A stretch of 64,000 bases of DNA from an uncultured Actinomycetes bacterium (GTDB lineage Bacteria > Actinomycetota > Acidimicrobiia > IMCC26256 > PALSA-610): NCBI GenBank assembly GCA_963782465.1, contig CAWAJR010000007.1, positions 347,016 to 411,015 of the forward strand, read 5' to 3'. Shown here piece by piece: positions 1 to 9,046 of the stretch. The notes beneath the pieces were generated by a model. That model did no database searches. It saw only the letters and a list, made by a program, of their open reading frames with translations, and had not been told where the DNA came from. Each line of letters begins with the position of its first letter. Positions within the stretch are counted from its first letter, which is position 1. A program made the position numbers and the translations under genes.

Positions 1-2450
1 TACCTCGCGCTCGTCGTCCTGATCGGGTCGATCGGGGGCATCGCGATGGGCGCGCTCGCCGCCGCGCGCCGGACGCAGTCGTCGTTCCCCGCTTACCTGC
101 GCAGCACGAACCCACCCGGGCTGATCGTGTTCCATGACGACAGCGCCGACGACAGCAACGCGACCGATGCTGTGTTCCGCGCCGAGCTCACCCGCCTCCC
201 TGGCGTCAAGCACGTCGAGAGCGCGACGTTCCCGAGCATGCAGCTGCTGAACGCCGACGGGTCGCTCGCGACGGGGCCGGTCGGCCGCCGCTTCGACGCC
301 GGTGTGCACGGCATCGCGAGCGTCGACGGGCTCTTCTACGACATGCTCCATCTGACCGTCGTGCAGGGACGGATGGCGAACCCCGCCAACGCGGGGGAAG
401 TGGTGATGAGCCGGGGTGCGGCCCGCCTGCTGGGGACCCACGTCGGTGATCGTGCCCGCTTCGGCTTCTACACGAACGCCCAGACGTTGCTGCCCACCTA
501 CGGCACCGGCGGGCAGAAACCGGTACGCAGCATCAGCGCCCGGCTGGTCGGCATCGTCGAGCGGCCCGACGCCGTCGTCCAGGACGACTTCGACCGTTCC
601 TCCGACTTCGTCGTGTTCTCACCGGCCCTGACGCGGCCCCTCGGGCAATGTTGCAGCAACGGCGTGTACAGCGGGCTGCAGGTCGCAGCGGGGCGCGATG
701 TCGCGAGCGTCGAGCGCGCCATCGGCGCGACGAAACCGGTCGGCCCGCAGCACGCGCAGGACACGGTGGTTGCGAAGATGCCGGTCGTGACCGCGACCGC
801 CGAGCGGGCGATCGAGCCCGAGTCGATCGCGCTCGGTGTGTTCGGTGGGATCGCGGCGCTCGCGGCACTGCTGATCGCGGGCCTGGCGATCAGCCGTCAG
901 CTCGGGGCCACGCTCGACCAGGTTGCGGTGTTGCGCTCGATGGGTGCCGGGCCGTGGCTGACCTCCACCGACGGGTTGCTCGGCGTTGCGGGGGCAATCG
1001 TCGCCGGTGCGCTGCTGGCCGCCGCCGTGGCGGTCGCCGTCTCACCGCTCGCGCCGATCGGGCCCGTACGCCCGGTGTACCCGTGGCGTGGCGTCTCGGT
1101 CGACGGCGCGGTGATCGGCGGGGGCATGCTCGTGCTGATCCTGGTTTTGGGCGCGATCGCGATCGTGGTCGCGTACCGCGGCGCGCCGCACCGGGTCGAG
1201 CGTCGTTCGAGACTGATCGCGACGCGACGTTCCAACGTTGCGCGCGCGGCCGCGGCGTCGGGTTTTTCGGCGCCCGCGGTGGCCGGTCTGGGCTTCGCGC
1301 TGGAACGGGGACGCGGCCACGACGCGGCGCCGGTGCGGTCGGCCATGTTGGGCGCGGTGCTCGCCGTCGTGGTGGTGGTGACGACCCTGACGTTCGGGTC
1401 GAGCCTCAACACGCTTGTCGCAAGGCCGGCGCTCTACGGCTGGAACTGGAACTACGAGTTGCTCGGCCAGTACGGCGGGTTCGCCGACGTTCCCGAACCC
1501 AAGGCGCGGCGGTTGCTCGCCCGCGATCCCGACGTTGCCGCGACGGCCGACGTGTCGTTCGATGTCTTCCACATCGACGGGCTCACGGTCCCCGTGCTCG
1601 GCGCGACGCCGCGCGCGCGTGTGGCCCGCGGGTGCTGTCGGGCCATGCCCTCGATAGCCCGCGCCAGATCGTGTTCGGGCCGACCACCCTCGCGCAGTTG
1701 CACAAGCACATCGGCGACACGGTGACCGTCGATACGGGCTCGGCATCGGTGCGCCTCGTGATCGTCGGAACGGCGACGTTGCCCGCGATCGGTGTCGAGT
1801 CGAGCCTGCATCTCGAGATGGGCACCGGAGCAGTACTCGCGACATCGCTGATCCCGGCGGCCGATCGCGGGTTCGGTGATCTGCCGGGGAGCCCCGAGGC
1901 GGTGCTGGTCCGGTTCAAACCCGGGACCGACCCGGCCGCGGCTCGCCGCACGCTGCGCCCGATCGTCGCGAAGCTGAACGTCTTGGGCCACGGCGCGCCG
2001 CTGCTCGTTCCGGTGCAACGGCCGGCCGAAATCGTCAACTACCGGGCGATCGCCATCACACCGAGCCTGGTCGGCCTGGGGTTGGCTGCCGGCGCGGTGG
2101 TCGCGTTGGGCCTGACCCTCCTGTCGTCGGTGCGACGACGCCGGCGTGATCTCGCAGTGTTGAAGACGCTCGGCTTCACCCGCCGGCAACTCGCCGCGAC
2201 AGTTGCCTGGCAGTCGACGGTTGCCGTCGGTGTCGGCGTGGTCGTCGGGCTGCCGCTCGGTGCCCTGCTCGGCCGCGCCCTCTGGGACCGATTCGCGGTC
2301 CAGTTGCACGTCGTGCCCCTGGCGACGATCCCCGGGTCGGCCATCGCGCTCGTCGCGCTCGGCGCCGTCGTGCTCGCCAATGTCGTCGCCGCGTTCCCCG
2401 GTTACCAGGCGGCGAGCACGAAAACCGCGGTGCTCCTCCATTCGGAGTGA
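1..2450 (+). pseudogene. FtsX/MacB-type ABC transporter permease with two FtsX domains; 5' end lies outside the window; reading frame broken near 1605-1630
   Basis: Frame 1 is open from nt 1 (YLALVVLIGSIGGIAMG, TM1). ORF 46..1725 carries the periplasmic domain and the first 4-TM FtsX block. Sense then continues in the frame of ORF 648..2450 from about 1623 (GPRVLSGHALDSPRQIVFGPTTLAQL, second periplasmic domain, C-terminal FtsX block LKTLGFTRRQL). The ORF tails beyond the junction are R/P-rich nonsense. Confidence 0.85.
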
Positions 2451-2476
2451 ACGGCTCGCCGCTTCGCGTCATCGGT

Positions 2477-4060
2477 TCACGAGAGTTCCGCGATCACGCC
2501 TTCCCACGGGCCGAGGTGGATCGATCCGGTGAACGCCGCGCCGTCGCGCGCCCGGTCGGTGCCGAGCACGATGCGCCCGCCGGCGACATCGACCGACGTG
2601 CTCCGGTCGGAAAGGTTCAGCGCGACGACGTGACGGTCGCCGCGGCGCCAGGCCCATACGTCTTCGGGGCTCGGCATCGACGCGTACGAACCCCGCTCGA
2701 GGTCGGGGGTTGATCGACGGAGGGCGATGAGGTCGCGCACGAGAGTGAGGGTCGAGCCCGCGTCGTCGCGCTGTTGCTCGACATTGCACGCCGCGAGATC
2801 GTTCAGCGGGAGCCACGGTGTCGACTCGGGACGGGTGAACCCACCGCCCGGAGTGTTCCGCCACGGCATCGGCGTGCGCATCGGGTCGCGTCCCTTGTAG
2901 TGCGGCCAGTAGCGAACGCCGAGCGGGTCGCGCAGGTCGTCCTTGTCGAGAGGTGTGTCGCCGAGGCCGATCTCGTCACCCTGGTAGAGCACCGGCGTGC
3001 CGCGCAGCCCCAACAGCATCACGAGCGCGGTCCGTGCCCGCGCCGCGTCGTCGTTCGCCCAGCGGGTCGCGAATCGCGACATGTCGTGGTTCGACCCGGT
3101 CCACGCCGGCCACGCCTCGGCCGGGAGCAGCGACTCCATCTCCTCGACGATCTTGCGCATCGGTCTCGCCTCGAACGGCGCCACGATGAACGGGAAGTTG
3201 AACGCGAGGTGCAGCTCGTTGCCCGCACCGTGGAACGCGACGAGGCGCGCGAGGTCTTCAACCGGCGTCTCGCCGACCAGGACGCGGCGTGGTTCGTACG
3301 CGTCGGCGATCGCTCGCCAGCGCTGCAACACGTCGTGCACTTCGGGCCGGTTCGCGTTGTAGATCGACACCTGCCCGAACAAGCGCGCTTCGGCCGAGTC
3401 GTGCTCGGTCGCGGGAGGGTTGTCGCGCAGGAGCAGGTCCTTGACGATGACGTTGCAGACGTCGATCCGGAAGCCGTCGACGCCGCGGTCGAACCAGAAG
3501 CGCAGGATGCCGTCGAAGGCGTTGCGTACGTCCTCGTTCCACCAGTTCAGGTCGGGTTGGGTCGGCAGGTGGTTGTGGAGGTAGTACTGGCCGGTCGCGC
3601 CGTCGAGCGTCCACGCCGCGCCACCGAAGCTGCTCACCCAGTTGTTCGGCGGCCCACCGTCGGGTTTCGGATCGGCCCAGACGTACCAGTCGCGGTACTG
3701 GGCGGCCCGCGAGGAACGTGAGTCGACGAACCACGGGTGCTGGTCGCTCGTATGGTTCGGCACGAGGTCGAGGAGCACCCGGATATCGCGGGCATGGGCG
3801 GCGCCGATCAGGCGGTCGGCGTCGGCGAGCGTTCCCTGGTCGGACTGGATCGCGCAGTAGTCGGCGACGTCGTAGCCCCAGTCGGTGTTGGGGGACGCCG
3901 TGATGGGGGAGAGCCAGACCGCGTCGACGCCGAGCCACTGCAGATGGTCGAGGCGCTCGACGATCCCGGCGATGTCACCGACGCCATCCCCGTCCGAATC
4001 GGCGAACGAACGCGGATAGATCTGGTAGATGACGCCGTGTTTCCACCAGTCGGTTGCCAC
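2477..4060 (-). CDS. GH13 alpha-glucosidase / oligo-1,6-glucosidase family enzyme
   Basis: 527-aa ORF. N-terminus WWKHGVIYQIYPRSFADSDGDGVGDIAGI..LQWLGVDAVWLSPI, nucleophile block VDGFRIDVCNVI and block GSNHDMSRF are all typical of the alpha-amylase catalytic domain. Confidence 0.92.
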   Translation of the reverse strand: MATDWWKHGVIYQIYPRSFADSDGDGVGDIAGIVERLDHLQWLGVDAVWLSPITASPNTDWGYDVADYCAIQSDQGTLADADRLIGAAHARDIRVLLDLVPNHTSDQHPWFVDSRSSRAAQYRDWYVWADPKPDGGPPNNWVSSFGGAAWTLDGATGQYYLHNHLPTQPDLNWWNEDVRNAFDGILRFWFDRGVDGFRIDVCNVIVKDLLLRDNPPATEHDSAEARLFGQVSIYNANRPEVHDVLQRWRAIADAYEPRRVLVGETPVEDLARLVAFHGAGNELHLAFNFPFIVAPFEARPMRKIVEEMESLLPAEAWPAWTGSNHDMSRFATRWANDDAARARTALVMLLGLRGTPVLYQGDEIGLGDTPLDKDDLRDPLGVRYWPHYKGRDPMRTPMPWRNTPGGGFTRPESTPWLPLNDLAACNVEQQRDDAGSTLTLVRDLIALRRSTPDLERGSYASMPSPEDVWAWRRGDRHVVALNLSDRSTSVDVAGGRIVLGTDRARDGAAFTGSIHLGPWEGVIAELS

Positions 4061-4177
4061 CCGCCAACCCTACGGGAGCGCCGAGGAAGCGGAGGAGGGC
4101 GGCGCGGACGCCCACGAGGGCCGGAAGTCCCAAGCTGCGCATCGGGCAAGGAACGAGGCGGCAATGGTCGATCAGAG

Positions 4178-4826
4178 ATGGTGACTGCCATACGGACGTC
4201 GAAGCCGGTGTGGCGTGGTCGGTTCCACCAGATCGCGTTCTTCGTGTCGATCCCAGCCGGCATCGCGCTCGATCTCGTTGAGCCGCGGTGCGGCCGCGCA
4301 CGTCGCGGCGACGATCTTCGCGATCAGTCTCACCGGCCTCTACGGCGTGAGCGCGGCCTACCACCGGGGCCATTGGTCGTCGGCCAAAGAGCGGCTGATG
4401 CGCCACCTCGACCACTCGATGATCTTCGTGTTGATCGCCGGCTCGTACACGCCGCTCGCGCTGCTCGCGTTGCGGCCCGCGTGGGGGATCTCGATGCTGT
4501 CGCTGGCGTGGACGGGCGCGGTGGTCGGCGTGATCATCACGATCCTGCGCCTCGAGAAGTGGCGCAATGTCGGCTTCGTCATGTACCTGGTGCTCGGGTG
4601 GCTCGCCGTCGTTGCCGCACCCCAGTTGGTGCGTTCCCTCTCGACCGTCGAGTTGGTCCTCCTCGCGACCGGCGGGCTGCTCTACACCGTCGGTGCGGTG
4701 ATCCTCGCCCGCAACCGGCCCGATCCGCGCCCCCTGGTGTTCGGCTACCACGAGGTCTGGCACACGTTCGTGGTCGGCGCGGGTGCGTGCCATTTCGCGC
4801 TCGTGCTGCTGCTCGTACGCGCCTGA
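4178..4826 (+). pseudogene. Hemolysin III / PAQR family membrane protein; frame broken near 4275-4295
   Basis: The N-terminal family signature SKPVWRGRFHQIAFFVSIPAGIALDLV reads from ATG 4178 in the frame of ORF 3737..4912. The rest (AAAHVAATIFAISLTGLYGVSAAYH, HLDHSMIFVLIAGSYTP, FGYHEVWHTFVVGAGACHF) is in the frame of ORF 4215..4826. Confidence 0.8.
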
Positions 4827-4840
4827 GCGTCTCCCACACC

Positions 4841-4886
4841 GGTTGTGTCGTTTGTACCCCCGCGCGGGAGTACAAACGACACAACC
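4841..4886. terminator. 17-bp perfect hairpin between convergent genes (bidirectional terminator candidate)
   Basis: ggttgtgtcgtttgtac-ccccgcgcggga-gtacaaacgacacaacc. The loop can pair further (ccc/ggg). It lies between the stops at 4826 (+) and 4905 (-). Confidence 0.65.
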
Positions 4887-4904
4887 CGGCAGCGGTGGTG
4901 ACTG

Positions 4905-5996
4905 CTAGCTGAGTGACGTGGGGTCGACGCCGGTGCCGCCGGCCTCGCTGCTCGCGTACGCGGCGAGGGCGAAGCGAAGCACGTCGACCGCGTCGTCGCC
5001 GCTCCAGAGCAGCGGGCCTTCGCCAGTGTGCAACCACCGCAACCAGTGCCGTCCGGAGTCGCGGAAACTGCTGGCCCAGTCGTCGTCGAGCGCATGGAAC
5101 GCGCGCATCTCGCCGTCGGCGTACACCTCGAGGCTCGGCTGCTGGATGCCGCGCCCCGTGCAACGGTTCACCCGGGCGTACCCCTTGCGACCCGTCACTT
5201 CCCAGCGCTCGTCGTTCGTGTAATAGTCGGAACGTAGGTACATGTCGAGCGCGAGCGTGATGTCCCATACGCCGCGCACGCCGTTGTCGTGTTCCCACAC
5301 GATGGTCGTCGGTGCGTCGATGGTGATGCCCGGCACCACTTCGGTCCCACCCACCCAGGCGCGCACTTCCTTGATCGGCCCGAAGAGCCAGATCGCGGTG
5401 GCGAGCTTGTGCCAGCCGTCGTCGAACACGAGGATGCCACGACCGTGCTGCATCTGCTTGAACTGCCACTCGTAGCTGCTCGCGGGTACGTCCCACCCGC
5501 CGCGGCCGCTCGCGACCATCTTCATGTGGTAGCCGGTCACGTCGCCGATGGCGCCCGATTCCACGGTTGCCTTGAGCTTCCGTAGCGGCTCGTAGAAGAG
5601 ATAGTTCTCCATCACGCGCAACACCCGATCGTTGGCCTTGGCCGCGTCGAGCATGCGGTGCGCGCTCGCAAGGTCGTTGCACATCGGTTTCTGCAGGTTC
5701 ACGTGCCATCCGTGGCCGAGCAGTTCGATCACCCCGTCGACGTGCAGTGGTATTGGGAGCAACGCCTCCACCGCGTCGATCTCGAGGCCGGCGGCCGCGA
5801 GTTCGTCGACCGACGCGAAGGTGCGCGCGCCGGGCCAGTCGGCCTGCCGTTCGGCCCGGCGTTCCTCGCTCGGATCGACCAGTGCAACCACTTCGACGTC
5901 GGGGTTGTCGCGGTAGGCGCGCACGTTGAGGTCGTAGATACGCCCGAGACCGATGAAGGCGGCCCGGACGGGACGGTCGTAAGGCGTGAAGGTCAC
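4905..5996 (-). CDS. Gfo/Idh/MocA family oxidoreductase
   Basis: 363-aa ORF. GTG start at 5996 overlaps the upstream stop (GTGA). N-terminal Rossmann-like AAFIGLGRIYD..VVALVD, then a C-terminal alpha/beta domain. Family-level call only. Confidence 0.8.
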   Translation of the reverse strand: MTFTPYDRPVRAAFIGLGRIYDLNVRAYRDNPDVEVVALVDPSEERRAERQADWPGARTFASVDELAAAGLEIDAVEALLPIPLHVDGVIELLGHGWHVNLQKPMCNDLASAHRMLDAAKANDRVLRVMENYLFYEPLRKLKATVESGAIGDVTGYHMKMVASGRGGWDVPASSYEWQFKQMQHGRGILVFDDGWHKLATAIWLFGPIKEVRAWVGGTEVVPGITIDAPTTIVWEHDNGVRGVWDITLALDMYLRSDYYTNDERWEVTGRKGYARVNRCTGRGIQQPSLEVYADGEMRAFHALDDDWASSFRDSGRHWLRWLHTGEGPLLWSGDDAVDVLRFALAAYASSEAGGTGVDPTSLS

Positions 5997-6370
5997 GTGC
6001 CGCGCGTCTCCTGTTGCAGTTCAATCGTGTTGCCGGCGGGATCGGTGATCCAGATCTGCACTGTGTTCTCGCCTTGCACCGCGCGGACGTACTCGATCCC
6101 CCGCGCGTCGAGTTCCGCGATTGCGGCGTCGAGATCGTCGACCGCGACGCAATAGTGATGGCCGGTCGGGTCGATCCCGCCGCCGCGAGCGGGTGCCCCG
6201 ACGAGGTGCAGCTGCAGGTCGCCGACGCGGTGCCAGTGGCCGGGCACGCCGGGGATCTCCGGTCGCGCTTCGTCGTCGAGGCCGAGGACGTCTCGGTAGA
6301 ACGCGACCATGTCGTCGAGGGGGGTGTCGTTGCTGTTGATCGACACGTGGTGAAAGCGCGTCACGTTCAC
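5993..6370 (-). CDS. VOC (glyoxalase/bleomycin resistance/dioxygenase) family protein
   Basis: GTG at 6370 overlaps the stop of the upstream VOC gene (GTGA). TRFHHVSINSND..HHYCVAVDDLDAAIAELDARGIEY..TDPAGNTIELQQ. The longer N-terminal extension of ORF 5993..6634 is R-rich and overlaps the neighbouring gene. Confidence 0.8.
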   Translation of the reverse strand: MNVTRFHHVSINSNDTPLDDMVAFYRDVLGLDDEARPEIPGVPGHWHRVGDLQLHLVGAPARGGGIDPTGHHYCVAVDDLDAAIAELDARGIEYVRAVQGENTVQIWITDPAGNTIELQQETRGT

Positions 6371-6738
6371 GCCAGTTGCTCCATGAACTCGAGGCGGATG
6401 CCGCCGGGTGCGTTGACGAACGCGATGCGCCGTTTCCCGAACGCGCCCTCGACGATCTCGGGGCCCCACACCACGTCGTGGCCGGCGAGTTCGGCGTCGA
6501 GATCGTCGGTGAACAACGCCGGATGCAAGAAGCCCTCGGCGGGAAGGTCGACGCGGTCTTCGTAGATCGCGTGGGTGAAGAGGGTGATCATCACCGGGCC
6601 GAGGTACACGTCGGCCCGTTCGCCGTTGTTCCACTGCATCCGGTCACGTACCGCGGCCCCCGCCCGTTCGTAGAACGCGCATGCCGCGTCGAGGTCGGCG
6701 ACTTTCATTGCCAGGTTCGCCATGCCGGTCACCGTCAC
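6367..6738 (-). CDS. VOC family protein
   Basis: 123-aa ORF, NLAMKVADLDAACAFYERAGA..FVNAPGGIRLEFMEQ. First gene of a minus-strand VOC-VOC-oxidoreductase chain. An alternative start at 6723 is possible. Confidence 0.75.
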   Translation of the reverse strand: MTVTGMANLAMKVADLDAACAFYERAGAAVRDRMQWNNGERADVYLGPVMITLFTHAIYEDRVDLPAEGFLHPALFTDDLDAELAGHDVVWGPEIVEGAFGKRRIAFVNAPGGIRLEFMEQLA

Positions 6739-6825
6739 GTTGCCCTCCGTCCTCGCGGCGACGGACGCTACCCGCGGGCACGTGCCCGTCCCGGCTGCCG
6801 AGATTCTTGACGTACTGTCGAACGG

Positions 6826-7464
6826 ATGGCGGGTGCCGGCGAAACCGATCTCGACCCGGTCTCGGTCGTTGCCGGGGCCGTCGACGGGGGAGTGCTGAGC
6901 CCTCGCCGCGACGCGGCACCGACCGCCGCGAGCCCGGTTGCGAAACGGCTCCTCATCCGGGCGCAGAAGGGGTACAGCAAGCGTCGTTTCCAGCGCCTGC
7001 AGGCGCTCCTCGACCTCGCGGCCCGCTTCGCGGGTGTGCCCATCGACGACCTCGTCAAGCAGCTCGAATCGTCGGCGGCGCGCGAGCGGCTGCTGATCGA
7101 CACGTTGCTCGCGGCACAGGACGAAGGCGACACCACGAAGCTGTTGCTGTTCGCCGAATCGCTCGCGATCACCGCGGCGTCATCGGGGCGCGACCTCCTG
7201 CGTGAACGATTGATCGTCGCCGCGCTCGCCGACCTCGACCGCGAACATCTCGACGTGCTCGCCTCCTACGCCGACGCCGGCGCTGAACCACGCGAGTCGC
7301 GGGGAGACGACATCGAAGAATTCCGCGACGCGCTCGTCGGCGCGCTGCAACACCATGGTTTCGTCACCGCGGGCACGCCGTCGATCACGGTGCTCGGGCA
7401 GACCGTGATCGACCGGCGGCGCGATCTCGACATGGCACTCGAACGGGCGCAGTCTCCCCGCTAG
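6826..7464 (+). CDS. Hypothetical protein (helical, acidic; no family recognised)
   Basis: 212-aa ORF with consistently G/C-ending codons. No competing sensible ORF on either strand. Confidence 0.55.
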   Translation: MAGAGETDLDPVSVVAGAVDGGVLSPRRDAAPTAASPVAKRLLIRAQKGYSKRRFQRLQALLDLAARFAGVPIDDLVKQLESSAARERLLIDTLLAAQDEGDTTKLLLFAESLAITAASSGRDLLRERLIVAALADLDREHLDVLASYADAGAEPRESRGDDIEEFRDALVGALQHHGFVTAGTPSITVLGQTVIDRRRDLDMALERAQSPR

Positions 7465-7701
7465 CACGACCGCAGGTTTGTGTCTCGTCGACCTTGGCCC
7501 GGTCACGGGTGTCGAGTGCGAACGCTCGACTGGTACCGCATTGGCACCGACCGCTACCGGGTCCCGCTCCGGGATCGCGCATCGTCGCGCGCTTCGCATG
7601 GGTGCACAACCGCCGCCCGACCGCGCCGGTTGCGAAATGCCGGGTCTCGTCCGGTTTTCGTGGCCCGTTCGCGTTCTCACCTGGCTTACAACGTGCCTTA
7701 A

Positions 7702-8106
7702 GTGGTGCTTAACGCGTCCGAGCCGATGATGCACGGGATGCACCCCACCCACCGGCGAGACGCCGGCCTGCACAAAGTCGCCGTGTTCACTCGACGCCTG
7801 AGCGTCGGTGCGCTCGCGCTCACGGGCATGTTCACGGCATTCGTTGCCCGGGCACAACCGGCAAAGAGCTCGAACAAGGCGTCGACGTCGCGTACCGTGC
7901 CGCCCGAAACCGCGGCGACGCCGTCGGTGACGCCGGGCACCCTGCCTCCCGACACCTTCCCGCCGACGACCGCGCCGGCGCAGGACGACTCGCCGGCGAC
8001 GCAGGCCGCGCCGGCGACGAACCCGCCGCAACAGCAGGTCCAGCCGCCGGTGCAGGTTCCCGATCCCACCCCACTTCCCCCCGTCGTCTCCTCGGGGTCT
8101 TCCTGA
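7702..8106 (+). CDS. Membrane-anchored Pro/Thr-rich protein, first gene of the ApbE redox cluster
   Basis: ORF with one N-terminal hydrophobic helix (LSVGALALTGMFTAFVARA) and a Pro/Thr/Gln-rich tail. G/C-ending codons. It ends 4 nt before apbE. The start is uncertain (GTG 7702, ATG 7726 or ATG 7738). Confidence 0.6.
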   Translation: MVLNASEPMMHGMHPTHRRDAGLHKVAVFTRRLSVGALALTGMFTAFVARAQPAKSSNKASTSRTVPPETAATPSVTPGTLPPDTFPPTTAPAQDDSPATQAAPATNPPQQQVQPPVQVPDPTPLPPVVSSGSS

Positions 8107-8110
8107 TCCG

Positions 8111-9046
8111 ATGATCGGAGCAGAAACCACCTTCGGCGCGCTGGGTACCACCGCGACGTTGCACGTCGTGGGCCGCGACGCCCTCCCGGAAGCCCGCCGC
8201 GCGCTCGAGCGGGAGATCGCGGCGATCGACAAGGCATGCAGCCGGTTTCGCAGCGACTCCGAGCTCATGGGCATCAATGCGGTTGCCGGTACGCCGGTCG
8301 TCGTCTCGCCCCTCTGCATCGAAGCGGTGCAAGTCGCGCTCCGCGCCGCGCGCGCGACCGACGGCATCGTCGACCCCACCGTCGGGCGCACGCTGCGCGT
8401 CCTCGGGTACGACCGTTCTTTCGAGCTGCTCGACCGCGCCGGCCCTGCATTGCGGGTCCGTGCCCAACGCGTTCCGGGGTGGCAGATGGTCGAGGTCGAC
8501 ACGGCGGCGCGTACAGTGCGGGTGCCGAGCGGCGTCGAACTCGACCTCGGCGCGACCGCGAAGGCGTTGTGCGCCGATCGCGCCGCGGCCGCCGCGTACG
8601 ACGCCACCGGTGTCGGTGTGCTGGTTTCGCTGGGCGGCGACATCGCGATCGCGGGCCCGGCACCCGACGGCGGTTGGCCGGTGCACGTCGGTGACGACCA
8701 CACCGAGTACACCGGCGGGCAGACGATCGCGGTGTACTCCGGTGGTCTCGCGACGTCCGGGCTGACGCGGCGCACGTGGATGCGCGGCGAAGTCCGCCTG
8801 CATCATGTCGTCGACCCGCGCACCGGCGCACCGGCGGTCACGTGCTGGCGCACTGCGAGCGTGGCGGCCGCGTCGTGTGTCGACGCCAACATCGCGACGA
8901 CCGCCGCGATCGTTCTCGGCCGCGACGCGAACGCCTGGCTCGCCGCTCGCAACCTGCCGGCCCGGCTCGTGACCGCCGACGGCGACGTCGTGTGCGTCGC
9001 CGGTTGGCCGGCGCCGGAGACCGCGACCCTCGGGGCCGCGCGGTGA
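8111..9046 (+). CDS. apbE: ApbE family FAD:protein FMN transferase
   Basis: 311-aa ORF. SRFRSDSEL..VDPTVG..LDLGATAKALCADRAA..LVSLGGDIAIAG blocks are typical of ApbE. Confidence 0.9.
   Translation: MIGAETTFGALGTTATLHVVGRDALPEARRALEREIAAIDKACSRFRSDSELMGINAVAGTPVVVSPLCIEAVQVALRAARATDGIVDPTVGRTLRVLGYDRSFELLDRAGPALRVRAQRVPGWQMVEVDTAARTVRVPSGVELDLGATAKALCADRAAAAAYDATGVGVLVSLGGDIAIAGPAPDGGWPVHVGDDHTEYTGGQTIAVYSGGLATSGLTRRTWMRGEVRLHHVVDPRTGAPAVTCWRTASVAAASCVDANIATTAAIVLGRDANAWLAARNLPARLVTADGDVVCVAGWPAPETATLGAAR

Noticed and set aside
5993-6634. The full 213-aa ORF as a longer VOC protein.
   Set aside because: The N-terminal 87 residues are R-rich and overlap the upstream VOC gene on the same strand. 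The GTG at 6370, overlapping that gene's stop, gives a normal 125-aa VOC domain.
7465-7701. The 236-nt intergenic leader upstream of the ApbE cluster as a riboswitch or sRNA. It includes a ttaag-tggtg-cttaa inverted repeat and an AT-richer patch.
   Set aside because: I recognised no conserved riboswitch core sequences, and the small inverted repeat is too short to interpret. It would need an Rfam/Infernal scan.
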